Source: Camelus ferus (lineage: Eukaryota). From it: DNA of 64,000 nucleotides. Shown here one piece after another: positions 22,861 through 35,896 of the stretch; the stretch's first letter is position 1, and each line of letters opens with the position of its first letter. A program made the translations under genes and the position numbers. The notes under the pieces are model-generated. The model searched no databases. It was given only the letters and a program-made list of their open reading frames with translations, and was not told the DNA's origin. The stretch spans positions 86,864,001 to 86,928,000 of the forward strand of contig NC_045696.1 of the NCBI RefSeq assembly GCF_009834535.1, in the 5' to 3' direction.

Positions 22861-25800
22861 CTAGCATGATCAGACACTACTCTTTAAAGGGAGTTTACTT
22901 CCCCATTGTGTTTTGGGGAAACCTTCTTTACCACTGGGAAGTTCTTCCTCTCATTTTCCTTTGCAGTGACAGCAAAAATCAGTATTGGGGGATGTGCCCC
23001 TTGGAGTCTGCAGAGCTTTCGTGGCCCACTCTACCACAAAAGATCATGCCAAGAATATTTTTAGATTCAAATACTCAAGAGTTATTTGGTCCTATCACTT
23101 ACTTACTTGGGGTTTGGGGGTTGGGGAGTGTCGTTTTTTCCCAAATCTCTTAACGTCTCAACCAGATTGCTTACAAATTTGATATGAATCAGTTTCATGT
23201 GACAGTAATTACAACTGCAGGGCTTTCCAAGAAACTTTTCAAATCTGTGTTTTCCTGTTTTCTGTTTGTTTTTGTTTTAAACTCTACACTGTCCTTTCTA
23301 TCTAATAGGAAATCCTGACAAAAAGCAATATATACAAAGTACTATCCATAGAGAAACCAAAAACAAGTTTATTCAAAATTAGTTTCATAAATAATTTAGA
23401 ACAGAAATCTCGTACTTTAAAAAAATCTTAAAATTTTTAAATTAGATTAAAAATTTTAATTAAATAAGATTAAAAAGAAATAACTCAGTATCATACATTA
23501 TACAAATCTGTTATATCATTACTGACCTCAATTACTAATCACAATAAAGCTCATTTTCATTTGTTTATATTTTTTCAGTTAAGAGCTTCTGCTTAGCAGG
23601 TGTTGAATTCTTCAATTTTTAAAAAATAAGGATAAATAATTTAATCTTTTTAACTTAAATCTATCTTGAAAAATAAATGTAGAACTTTATTAGCGAGTAG
23701 CTAACCTTAATGGGTAAATGTTAGTGCTGTATTTACAGTGAGTTTTTTCAAATAATTGTGTTTTGAAAACTGCTGAAGAAACAAAGAACAAATTAGAAAG
23801 AAGGAGGATTAATAAGCCAAGTCACATTTATGTAATCATTTTAGGTAAGTGAGTACCTGAGAAACTTAGAAATTGGGTGCAATATTAGACTAGCACTTTT
23901 TTAATCTATCACAAGATAATGCAAGATCTGTTATTGGCAGGAGAATGATTAGTCCCAAACAGGATGGAAAATCCATTCTTCCCTAAGGACCTTTCTCTAG
24001 TAAGAAATACTGCAAGTTGAGGCTGGTCTTTTCAACCAGATTGTTATACCACAATCCTAGTGGAACTATTGTCAGAGTCAGATAAATTCATTTTGAATTA
24101 CATAAGATAATAATGCTCAACTAGATGTCCACAGAATACAATTATATTATATGTACCAGAAAAGAGAAATGTCCCTTTAAGTAATGAAAGCAATCATTGA
24201 TTATGATGTGGATACCAACTGTACAAACACACATATCTAAATACAGAATAAAATGTTATATTTAATTTTAGTGTTAGGGTGTCTAGTAGTAGTGTGAAAT
24301 GAAATGTGAAATTTTTATTTTCTCTTATATTCTTTTTGTTTTTAATGTGCATGGTATTTTAATGTCTGCAAACTAAAGAGATAACATTTTAAGATTTGGG
24401 TAAAATGTCTATTATACTCCCTCTAAAAGACGAAAATAGCTTGTCTATAGTCATGAACATATTACACAATAATCTATTCATAAGCAAAATTGAACCTTTA
24501 CGTTTGCTCTAATTTCAGCATTTTCTACTTATTTTTTATTCCAATAAACACATTTTAAAATGAGAACAAAGTTGTAAACACTTTTAAAGGGATAAAAACA
24601 GCTGTGAGTCCCTAAATCCAACACATATTTGTTATGTATGAGCTACTGAGAAATATGTCAAGGTGACAAAATTTATTTCAATTTTCCAAAATCTATACAA
24701 TGTTATTGTTAATAATACATAACCTACATAAAGGTGATGACAAATGATGAAAGGAATCAAACAGCTACTTAGAAAAGAATGCATATTTCTTTTTGATGGT
24801 GTGCTCCACTTGCCTTTGATTTCAAGACAGTAAAATCAGTTGATGAGAAGGGTTCTAATTTTATTTGTCATTAAAGATGTGAAAAGGAAGAGTAGCTAGA
24901 TCTCTCTCCTCCTTTTATTTTATCAGTTTGATTTTTCCATGAGTCAGTGCTGTTCTATGTTCTTCCTGTTCAGCATTTGCTCTTGAGGATCAGTTCTTTC
25001 AAGATTATCTTTCAATTTTATAATAAAAGAGCAGATGTTTTCTGAAAGTGGTATTCACATGACTGAATTTATTATAATAGTAGAAAAAGATGTGGCTGCT
25101 ACCCGAAACTTGTTCTTAGAAGTTTGCTCTCTGACACTAATGTGATACTTATAAAGAAAAAAAAAAAAAAGTTGCAAGTCAAAGATTACCATAGTCATTA
25201 CTGGCATTATACAAAAGTTGTATATCAAAACGTATACGGGTACAACTAGATGCTAATGAGTAGTGTCTACAAAGGTTAAATATAAATACACATAATTATA
25301 GCTTACTTGTGACAAGAAATTATTACTTTCTTTCTTACCCACAAGACATATCTCTAAAATAACAAACTGAAATGAAAGTATATTTATTCTGCAATCATAA
25401 CAGGACTAGGAAATGTACTATTATGGTACAGCATTTGAAACATTTTGAATATGCATTCCTACTGCCTTTAGACAGGATTGAATGTTTTCAACCACTGTAT
25501 AATAGTACATTTGAATTTTCAAACTTTAAACTGGTGCTAATAGAAAATATATCTCTTTTGTTTCATATCAAATTTCAATCAGCGCAAAATCTTGAGAAAA
25601 TATCATCTAGTTCTAAGGTAAAGTCAGTAATGAGGTTTTTGAAGCAAGGCTACCAGAGTAATATTTATCCTTAATCTATGAAAATAAATTGAATCACGAA
25701 TCAATTTTTTTTTGCATAGTAAATACAATGTATAAGTTAATATTATATTAGGTACCCTGTGTTGATTATGGAAATATAAGTTGCATTATTGAGTTGATAA

Positions 25801-26569
25801 TACACAGTTGTTCTTTAATGTAGTTGTGGATTTTAGCATAAAATGGATATAACAGCATGATAATAAAAAAATAATGTTAAATAAAAAAAGGATGAAAAAT
25901 TATATTTATTTTATAATTACAACTAATAAAATCTATATACAAATATGCATGGACTCTAGGATTTGAGAACTTTAAAGAGAAACAGTTTAAAATTTACAAT
26001 AATAAATTTATTGCTTTTTTCTCTTGCTTTTATTATTATAAAAATTTTGATGAAATAAATTTTGGAAAACAAATTTTAGTTGATATTCTGAAGACATTAA
26101 GACGTCAGTAGTTAATAATGGCCACCATGAAATTAAAAGTGAGAGCTGAATGATAATCTTGAATAATTAAATTCTACTAATCATTTGTACTTACTGACTG
26201 TAGAAACAGGCCAATTATGATTCAAGGGTCACTTTAACTGTGATCATTTAATTTGGTTTGGGCTTGTATTTTTTTTCAGGTAAGTGTAATGTAGTCAAAA
26301 GGCAAATTTGTCCCAAATTCTTCCACTTTCTACATTTTTAAGATGTATGATTTTAATTAAAAATATTATAATTATAAATAATTAATCTCTGTGATTATAA
26401 TTAAAAATAAATGAAAAATATAAACTAGTTTAAGTTTCTAGCATGGGACAACTTCTTTTGAAAAAAATTAAAAATCTAAAAAAACAAAAACTAAGGTTAA
26501 ACATTATTTTCTTCAGAATTTGCAAAGCATTGATGCATTATTTTCTGGCTTCCAACATCATATTAATTT

Positions 26570-26787
26570 TCCTCTCTTAAGGGCCACTAGAACGATTTGT
26601 GCTAATATGCCCACAGTTTCATCCATTGTTTCTTAGGTATCACTTGTGCAAATGTCACCAAATTGAAAAAAGCAAATATTCTATACTCTATAATAGTTCT
26701 GTCCTCACAGACCCCCAGATTCTCAAGAGCCATCTCTCTTGATTAATCACATACATTAAATAAAAAAGCAATAATTTGCTTTAGCCC

Positions 26788-26849
<62 letters not shown>

Positions 26850-26889
26850 CCCAACAGGGTCCCTCAGTCCACACTTAGAGAATTGTTGT
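26570..26889. mobile_element. hAT-Charlie MITE fragment containing a CA repeat
   Basis: AAATGTCACCAAATTGAAAAAAGCAAATA...AATAGTTCTGTCCTCACAGACCCCC and terminal GTCCACACTTAGAGAATTG. Confidence 0.55.
26791..26844. repeat. (CA)27 microsatellite
   Basis: Perfect dinucleotide run. Confidence 0.97.
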
Positions 26890-27299
26890 CATAAAGAAAA
26901 TAAGCATTTGCCAAAACATAACTGCATGCTAAGTACAAAAGTCTATACTGTACTGTGAAAAACTCCAAGAAGGATTTCTCACTTGGAATAGCAATTACAG
27001 TTAAAATATGTCATCTTATTAAATTTATTACAATCAGTTATCTTCTCCAAGATTCACCTACATTCAAATAATGAAATCTACTCAAGGAGGTGACAGAAAT
27101 CATTATGCAACAGAAATATTTTTAAAATTTTGATACTGGTACTAATATTTACAGTCCTCAGGATCATGGAGTTGTTTTCATTCATTCTTTTGGTAGGGAG
27201 GGTGTTCCAAGGATCTTGGCTTAACAAGTTTTCCATCATATTTTTAACTTTGTAGACCTGGAAGCCCTTGTAGGGATTTGTTCAGATCTAGATTTTCTT

Positions 27300-28775
27300 T
27301 GATCTATTGCAAAGTGCATATTGGTTAAAATTAGTGATCACCCCAGAAGCTTCCATTTGACTAATGGATCACACTTGCATTGTATGTTGTCAGAAATTAG
27401 TTTTTGTTCAGTTTTCAATGTCCAATAATCTAAAATATTCACCATTTCCTTTTCCAGTAAAATTAGCTTGGTGAATGTCCACTGGCCACTGACAAGGAGA
27501 CTTGGAGAAAAAGTTCACAGAATATAATTGTGCTGTTATTGTAGGGTCCTTCTACAACATCTCCCTTCACTGATATTACTCCAGGTGGCTAAGCTCAAAA
27601 CAAAGCTCTTGAAAGTGAGTGGCTTTATGATAGCAGAACTAGACTTTTTAACTTATGCAAATAAAGATAGGCCTTTGTGAGCTGTTGACCTATTTAGGTC
27701 TCGAAAAGTCCATGATCAATCAGTGAATTCTAAAAATATATTATTAGGCTATTATGACATCCATGCTAACTTTGCTGCCTACTGCTAAAATCATCCTTAC
27801 ATTCCCTCTGTTGCTAATGCTATTATTTGACCTCTAGGATGCTGGAATACTACAGTTACCAAAAAAAGCAGAGAGATTAGTTCAATTATTATGCCTCCCT
27901 CCTGTATCTCCAGTATTCAGAGATTATCCACTAAGCACTCTTCAAAGATGCAGGTGCTCCTCCTGGGTATACATATGGAGGGAACTCTAATTAGAAAAGA
28001 TACAGCAGCACTATATGCAATAGCCAAGGCATGGAAGCAACCTAAATGTCTATCAACAAATGACTGGATAAAGAAGTTATGGTATATCTATATAAGGCAT
28101 ATTACTCAACCATAAAAAAACAATAAAATAATGCCATTTGAAGCAACATGGATTGACCTGGAGATCATCATTCTAGGTAAGTAAGACAGAAAGAGAAATA
28201 AAAATACCATATGATATCAGTCATACGTGGAATCTTAAAAAAAAAAAAAAGACATTAATGAACTCACCTATTAACGGAAACAGACCTCGCAGACATAGTA
28301 TACCATTTTATGGTTAACAGGGGAAAGGGAGTGGGAAGGGATAAATTTGAGAGCTTGAGATTTGCAAAGGTTAACTACTGTATATAAAAATAGATAAAAA
28401 ACAAGTTTCTTCTGTATAGCACATAGAATATCTTGTAATAAACTTTAATGAAAATGAATACATTATATATATATATATATGCATGACTGGTACATTATTC
28501 TATACACCAGAAATTGACACATTGTAACAGAATATACTTTCAATTAAAAAAAAAGATGTAGGTGCTCTCCAAAACAATATTTTTCTCAAGCCTTGATGGA
28601 GAGGATGTCTCCTGGAATAATATGAGGAAATGTGTTTAAGGAGTTGAACAATAAGATTTCACAAGATAGATCCATTGCAGGATCCCTATTTTTCATATTT
28701 TTATCTCTATATTATTCTAGGAATTAACATAATCTCAAAATCATTTCATTTGCATCACCTGAATGTCCACTTGGG
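27300..28775 (-). mobile_element. Ancient ERVL/MaLR internal region (gag to protease), interrupted by an L1
   Basis: Minus strand has AGCACC|TGCATCTTTGAAGAG, CTGATTGATCATGG, GAAGGACCCT...TATATTCTGTGAAC and TTATTGGACATTG (decayed LLDTG protease motif), in ERVL order. Confidence 0.6.
27960..28551 (+). mobile_element. 5'-truncated L1 3' end with TSD
   Basis: ORF2 end (AIAKAWKQPKCLSTNDWIKKLWYI) plus 3'UTR and A tail; TSD AAAGATG(C/T)AGGTGCTC at 27944-27959 and 28552-28567. Confidence 0.92.
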
Positions 28776-29015
28776 GAAATTATAAGGACAGTTCTCAACT
28801 GTGTGAACTATCACATTTAACTCAATAAATATTTGTGCATTATGTATTAATTGACACAGCTGAATCTAAAAGTATATTGCTCATTGTTTATGCTTTATTT
28901 TATATTTCATACATATGTAAGGCATGTACATTTATGTTTCATAGAAACATATTCAGTTTTACTGTTTAATAAAAGATGATCTATTATCTCTTCCTACTTA
29001 AAGATAATGAATAAA

Positions 29016-30329
29016 ACTGGGCAGCAGCATGTAAAGCAATGAAACTAGAACACTCCCTTACACCATACACAAAAATCAACTCAGAATGGATCAAACACTT
29101 AAACATAAGACAAGATACAATAAATCTCCTAGAAGAAAATAGAGGCAAAACATTACCTGACATACAGCTCAAAAATGTTCTCCTAGGACAGTCTACTCAA
29201 GCAATAGAAATAAAAGCAAGAATAAACAAATGGGACCTAATGAAACTTACAAGCTTCTGCACAGCAAAGGAAAACATAAGTAAAACAAAAGACAACCTAC
29301 AGAATGGGAGAAAATTTTTGCAAATGAAACCAACAAAGGCTTGATCTCCAGAATATATAAGCAGCTCATACGACTTAATAAGAAAAAAACAAACAACCCA
29401 ATCCAAAAATGGGCAGAAGACCTAAACAAGCAATTCTCCAAGGAAGACATACAAATGATCAATAGGCACATGAAAAAATGCTCAATATCACTAATTATCA
29501 GAGAAATGCAAATCAAAACTACAATGAGGTATCACCTTTCACCAGTCAGAATGGCCATCATTCAAAAATCCACAAATGACAAATACTGGAGAGGCTGTGG
29601 AGAAAGGGGAACCCTCCTACACTGCTGCACTGTTGGTGCAGCCACTGTGGAAAACAGTATGGAGATCCGTCAAAAGACTAGGAATAGACTTACCATATGA
29701 CCCAGGAATCCCACTCCTGTGCACATATCCAGAAGGAACCCTACTTCAGGATGACACCTGCACCCCAATGTTCACAACAGCACTATTTACAATAGCCAAG
29801 ACATGGAGACAGCCTAAATGTCCATCAACAGATGACTGGATAAAGAAGAAGTGGTATATTTATACAATGGAATACGACTCAGCCATAAAAACCGACAACA
29901 TAACACCATTTGCAGCAACATGGATGCTCCTGGAGAATGTCATTCTAAGTGAAGTAAGCCAGAAAGAGAAAGAAAAATACCATATGAGATCACTCATATC
30001 TGGAATCTAAAGAAAAATAAATAAAATCACACAAAGCATAAATACAAAACAGAAATAGACTCATAGATATAGAATACAAACTTGCGGTTGCCAAGGGGGC
30101 AGACTGGGATTTCAAAACTGTAGAATAGATAAACAAGATTATACTGTATAGCACAGGGAAATATATACAAGATCTTATAGTAGCTCACAGAGAAAAAAAT
30201 GTGACAATGAATATATATATGTTCATGTATAACTGAAAAATTGTGCTCTACACTGGAATTTGACACAACATTGTAAAATGATTATAGATCAATAAAAAAT
30301 GTTAAAAAAAAGTCATCCAAATTGGAAAA
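29016..30329 (+). mobile_element. Young 5'-truncated L1 (ORF2 C-terminal region plus 3'UTR), camelid-type
   Basis: Overlapping ORFs 29039-30010 are frameshifted L1 ORF2 ([41 protein letters not shown]); TSD AAAGATAATGA(A/G)TAAA at 29000-29015 and 30330-30345. Confidence 0.95.
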
Positions 30330-32037
30330 AAAGATAATGAGTAAATAAATTATAATTTTGTGTATTTGCTTTTTTCCACTAGGAATCTATTCCTACTATA
30401 TTCTATAAATTTTTGCTGATATAAAATTCTTCAATTATATATCATATTTTAGGTTTGACTTTGTAAATGAACATAGCGCATGCTGAAATATGACTTAATT
30501 GTATGTCTGGGAAAAAAAACAAAATCTGAGGAGAGGGAACATGGGTCATGGGGATAACTTGATTCCTTCTGTTTTTGGATGGTATATGTCTCACACTGAG
30601 AAATTAAAAGATATTCTAGCAGGAGAATAAACCAGCCTCAACAGACAAGTGAGACTCAATGGTGGTTGATATTTTGATATACTCTGTGTTTTTAGAATCT
30701 CTTATATAACATTTTCAAGTTCTCAAGGCTATTATCATTTTAAAAATTTCTTTATCTTAAACCTAGTAAAGCTATTCATTCTACCGAGATTATAAAGTGA
30801 CCTTCTAAAGGATCAAACTCAACATTTGCTTTCCACTACCACAGCCCTGCAGCTCAGAAGAAAACACTTTTAGTATGTTAACAGGAAGTCCGGATTCTCA
30901 GTCCCTGCTTTGAACTAGACAATTTATAGATTCAAGCTTGTGGTTCTTTATTCACATTGCCTATGAAAATTTAATGCAAACACTTAAAATCATAATCCTT
31001 AAATTCCTCACTTCCTTCATAAAGTTTATGGCAATGTCAGATGAGTCCTCTAAAGCCTATGTTTCAATTGATATTTCATTTAAGATCACTACAATCAATT
31101 ATTTAATTAGCTATTTTGGCACTGATTGACTTGGGCTGGGAGGGTTCCATTTCTTAAGTATTTTCTCTGAAGATTTTCATCATATTTTGCTCCTAAAGGA
31201 CCAGAGAATCAGTTAATGATCATATTCTTTTATCTACAACTTAACATCTGGTATCAATTTTTATATGAGCCAGGTTATTGGTTATATGTAAGAGAAACCA
31301 TGTATTCCTAAGTACAAGAGGACTTTAATGGATGGATATATTTGTAACCTGAATAGACAGGGATGCTGGAGTACTGAACTTGGAAGAGTAGCTGTAAGTA
31401 AAGGAAGCAAGGAAGTCAAAATATGTTCAAAGTTCAATCATGGATGCAAGCTGTTTAAACACTGTTTCTGGCTTCAGTAAAGCCATAAACAGTCTATTTG
31501 TCCTGGGGTTTCCTTGGTAAGAGTAATTAAAATTTGTCTAGCCAAAAGTGGCAGAATGAGAACGAATATAAATTAGAAGAGAAGTTGTCCAATAGTAATT
31601 AAGTCTCAGGAATATGTTATCCCAGGAAAGAGGAGAACAGTGTGATGTAATTTTATTGGAATAGTTAAGGACAAAAAGTAAATTTAAGTGTTTAAAAATA
31701 GAGACACTCAAATGCCAAAAAATTTTTTTCTTTTCTAAAGTCACCATGCTATACATTATATCTCCAAAATATATTTATCCTACAACTGGAAGTGTTTTTT
31801 TGCCTTTTGACTACCTTCACCCATTTTTCCCATCCCCTGACCCCTGGTTTCTGGCAATGACTAATCTGTTTTCTTTACCTATGAGTTTGTTTGTTTTCAA
31901 TTTTACATATTACTGAGATCACACAGTACTTTTTTTTGTCTTATATCACTTAGCATAATGCCCTCAAGGTCCATCCAATCCATCCAAGTGGTCACAAATA
32001 GCAAGATTTTCTCCTTTTTATGGTTGAATAATATTCC

Positions 32038-32040
<3 letters not shown>

Positions 32041-32076
<36 letters not shown>
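32041..32076. repeat. (GT)18 microsatellite followed by a TATG-type run
   Basis: Seen directly. Confidence 0.95.
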
Positions 32077-32079
<3 letters not shown>

Positions 32080-32290
32080 AAATAAGTATGTATGTATGTG
32101 TATATGTATGTATATGTATGTATATGTATATACCACATTTTATTTATCCATTCGTCAACTGATGGGCCCTTAGGTAGCTTCCATGTCTTGGCTATGGTAA
32201 ATAATCCTTCAATGAACAAGAGGATGCATGTATCATTTTGAGAGAGTGATTTCAATTTCTTTGGATATTTAACCAGAAGTGGAATTGCTG

Positions 32291-32664
32291 TGTAAAAATG
32301 AATAAACAGAAACCTCAATTAAGATAAAACAACCTGCTATGACAATGGCAGAGCCCAAGAGGAAGAAGAAAAACTTCCTCTTCTGACCTGGCAAGAGCTT
32401 AGCCAATCAGAGATTGTCACAATTCAGCCAATGAAACGCCACTATACTTCAAACTCTCAATTCCCCAAATGCAGTCTTTGTTTACTATAGCCCTCCCACC
32501 TACCTTTTTCCCTCTTTAAAAGATTTCCCCTCTCCATTTTTGCTGGGGACTTGCACATGACTTGCCTGGTTGCAGACCCCAAACTGCAATTATTTATTGC
32601 TCCTGAATAAACTCATTTTTTTTTCTGGAGGAATAACTGGCAGTATATTTATTTTAGGTCAACA
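32291..32664 (+). mobile_element. ERV1 solo LTR inserted in L1
   Basis: TGTAAAAATG...TTAGGTCAACA termini; exact TSD GCTG (32287-32290, 32665-32668); CCAAT at 32403 and 32428; AATAAA 32606-32611. Confidence 0.9.
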
Positions 32665-32854
32665 GCTGGAACATATGATCATAATATTTTTATTTTTTTG
32701 AGAAACTTCTATACTGTTTTCTATAATGGGTGTACTAATTTACATTCCCACCAACAGCACAGATTCCATTTTCTCCAAATCTTTGCCAACACCTGTTATT
32801 TCTTGTCTTTTTGATAACAGCTTTCCTAACAAGTGTGAGGTGATATCTCAGTGT

Positions 32855-32985
32855 TTTTAAAAAACATTTATTTTTGGGGGAGAAGTAATGAGGTTTGTTT
32901 GCTTATTTCATGGAGGTACTGGGGATCGGACCCAGGACCTCATGCATGCTAAGCATGCACTCTACCACTAAGTTATACCCTCTCC
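32855..32985 (-). mobile_element. tRNA-derived SINE, camelid Vic-1 type
   Basis: Reverse complement GGAGAGGGTATAACTTAGTGGTAGAGTGCATGCTTAGCATGCATGAGGTCCTGGGTCCGATCCCCAGTACCTCC (A and B boxes) plus A-rich tail; flanking repeat CTCAGTGT. Confidence 0.9.
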
Positions 32986-33325
32986 ACTCAGTGTGGTTTT
33001 GATTTGCATTTCCCTGATGATTTGTGATGTCAAACATCTTTTCACATACATGTTGGACATTTATATGTCTTACTTGGAAAATTCTATTCAAGTCCTCTGC
33101 CCATTTTTAATTGGATTGTTTGGGAGGGTGTTTGCTACTGAGTTACACAAGTTCCTTATACATTTTGCATATGAACTCTTTGTCAGATATGATTTGCAAA
33201 TATTTTCTCTCATTCTATACTTTGCCTTTTCACTTTGTTGATAGTTTCCTTTGCTATGCAGTCTTTTTAGTTTGATGAAGTCTCCCTTGTTTATTTTTTC
33301 TTTTGTTGCCTTTGCTTTTGGTGTC

Positions 33326-33409
33326 AAAGGCAAAAAAATCATCACTAAGTCTGATGTTAAAGCACTTAAAGGCAAAAAAATCATCACTAAGTCTGATGTT
33401 AAAGCACTT
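33326..33409. repeat. Perfect 42-bp tandem duplication
   Basis: AAAGGCAAAAAAATCATCACTAAGTCTGATGTTAAAGCACTT twice. Confidence 0.97.
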
Positions 33410-33754
33410 ACTCCCTATGATTCCTTCCAGTTTCATACTTTAGGCTTTTAATATAAGTTGTGTTGATTTTTGTGGGTGGTGTAAGATAGGGGGCCAGTTT
33501 TAATTTTTTGTCTGGGGCTGTTCAGTTTTCCTAACATTATTAACTGAAGAGACTATTCTTTCCTCATTGCATATTCATAGCTCCTTTGTCATTAAGCAAT
33601 TGACCATATATGTGTGGGTTTATTTCTGGGCTCTCTATTCTGTTCCATTGATCTGTCTTTTTATGCCAGTATTATATTGTTTTTGTTACTATAACTTTAA
33701 AATTTAGTTTGAAATCAGAAACAACATTGTATTGGATTCATATGATTTAGTTTG

Positions 33755-35445
33755 ATTTTTTAAAATATTTATATTATAGAATAATTTATAGAAAATTTTC
33801 AAAGATAGTATAGTGTGTTCCCATATCCACAAATCTGATTTCCCCTATTACCATTTTACATGATAAATTTGTCACAATAAACCAATATTGATATATTACC
33901 ATTATTATTAACTAAGGTCTATAGTTTATTTAGATTTTCTTAGTTTTTACCTAATATATTTTTTCTGTTCTAAGATCTCACCTAGGAGTCCACATTACTT
34001 TTAGTAACTGTATTTCCTTAGGCTTCTCTTGGCTATGATGGTTTATCAGACTTTTTTGTTCTATGATTTCGCCAGTTTTAAGGAGTATTGGTCAAGTATT
34101 TTGTAGAAAGTCCCTCATGGAGACTTGTCTAATGTTATTCTCATGATTACACTGGGATTGTGAATTTTCAGGAAGAAGACCACAGAGGTAAAGTGCCATT
34201 TTCATTAGATCATATCAAGGGCACATACTGTGAACATGGCATTACCATTGATATTAACACTGGTCACCTGGCTGAGGTAGTGCTCATCAAATTTCTATTA
34301 AAAAAGTTTTACTTTCCCACTCTTACTGTTTGGCAGGAAGTCACTCTGCACAGCCACAGTTCAGGAGAAAAGAGGTTTGCTTCATATCCTTAAGAGTAGT
34401 TTTATATAAATGATTTGGATTTTTCCTGCATGGGAGATATTTTTTATTCTTATTTATTTAGTCATTTTATTTTTAACAATATGGATACATGGTTACATAA
34501 AAATATTTTATATGTTATAATCCAATACTAATTTATTTACTTTATTACTCAAATTATACCAGTTTTGATTATTGAGATCTGTGTTCCCCTCTGACATATC
34601 TCCATCACTATGTGTGTGTGTGTCTATGTATGTGAACCTGAGCACGTGTGTGTTGAGCATATCTTTACTTTCCGACACTACAACAGATTCCAGGTTCATA
34701 TTGTATACAGCCTGCCCAAGTCATAGAAAAAGCCATTTATCCAAGAAGCCCTGTTTCCTATTACTGGGAAATAGTATTAGAAACCAAGTTCTATGCACTA
34801 GGTGTTCTCATTGCTATTGGAGTGTTCTTGCTTCCAGGCCTTCTTATCTGAAAAAGTAAGGACATATACATGTGTATATTAAGCCTTGTATATATACATA
34901 TATATATACACACACACTCACACATAAAAACAACTCTGCATATTTTCATTTATATGTATATATAAATGAAATTATATGTATGAAATAATACATTTCATTT
35001 GCTTAATACATTAAGCAAAACATACATTTATAGTGATGTCTCCAAATCTAATCTGGTACATGACTCATGCTGGCCTTCTCTCCTTGAGGGCCTGTAACTG
35101 CCCACTCCAATAGTGAGAAAGCAGACTCTGACTATCCACCATCCATTTATTTAATTGTCTATTTCCAGTATACACATATAGAGGCTTCAGATTTGTTAAC
35201 CCACACAGTGAGAACAACTTGATCAACTAGAGTACAGTGCTTCTATATAGTTCATTTGCCATTTATTCCTATGGTCTCCATTCTTTAATAAAGTTATTTA
35301 ATTCAGAACCTATTTCCCTTAACTTCTTAAGTGAGGTTGTTTAATATACTTGTAATACAGTTAGATTGATTATTACAGTCTGAGCTCTATCCTGGAATCC
35401 TGACTTCTAAATTATTTTTATTTTTTTAATTATATAAACTGTTTC
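33755..35445 (-). mobile_element. L1MC-type (L1MC3-like) long 3'UTR
   Basis: GGAAGAAGACCACAGAGGTAAAGTGCCATTTTCAT...CATATCAAGGG...GTCACCTGGCTGAGGTAGTG...TCCAAGAAGCCCTGTTTCC. Confidence 0.85.
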
Positions 35446-35659
35446 AGGCTCTCTGCATACTCACACCATGTCTTAATATTTTCAGCATAAATATCGACCT
35501 TGGAACATACATATATAATATATTTATATAATACACCCATATACATATATTCATACACAAATATGCTATACATATACCATTTTTAATTATTTAATTATAT
35601 AGTGCTTTACAATTTTCAAGAGTTTCACACACATGATTTCATATAATCCCATAATAACC

Positions 35660-35896
35660 CTTTTTTAATCCCCTTTCCCTATAGTGCCCTTCCCCCATCC
35701 CTCTCTCATTAGTAACCACTAGCTCGTTCACTATATATCTCAGTCTGTTCCTTTTTTGTTTTATTCACTAGTTGGTTGTATTTTTCAGATTCTACATATA
35801 AGTGATATCATACTGTATATGTCTTTCTCTGTCTGGCATATTTCATTTAGCGTAATGACCTCCAAATCCATGCATGTTGATACGAGTGGCAATATT
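35660..35896 (-). mobile_element. L1 ORF2-end/3'UTR fragment
   Basis: AGTAACCACTAG...TTCAGATTCTACATATAAGTGATATCATAC...TTTCATTTAGCGTAATGACCTCC. Confidence 0.85.

Larger units (their letters stand above)
31735..33722 (-). mobile_element. L1 (L1MA9-like) 3' region, interrupted by an LTR and a SINE
   Basis: Antisense 3'UTR GTCACCATGCTATACATT...; ORF2 remnants (TIAKTWKLPKGPSVDEWINKMWYI; KINKGDFIKLK). Confidence 0.9.

Noticed and set aside
29039..30010. Three overlapping ORFs as a functional gene or active L1
   Set aside because: They are frameshifted pieces of the L1 ORF2 C-terminus in a 5'-truncated copy that lacks the promoter, ORF1, EN and RT
32905..32985. tRNA gene (also near 42285-42360)
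   Set aside because: A and B boxes are present, but they are followed by a SINE tail and flanked by target repeats; this is a tRNA-derived SINE head
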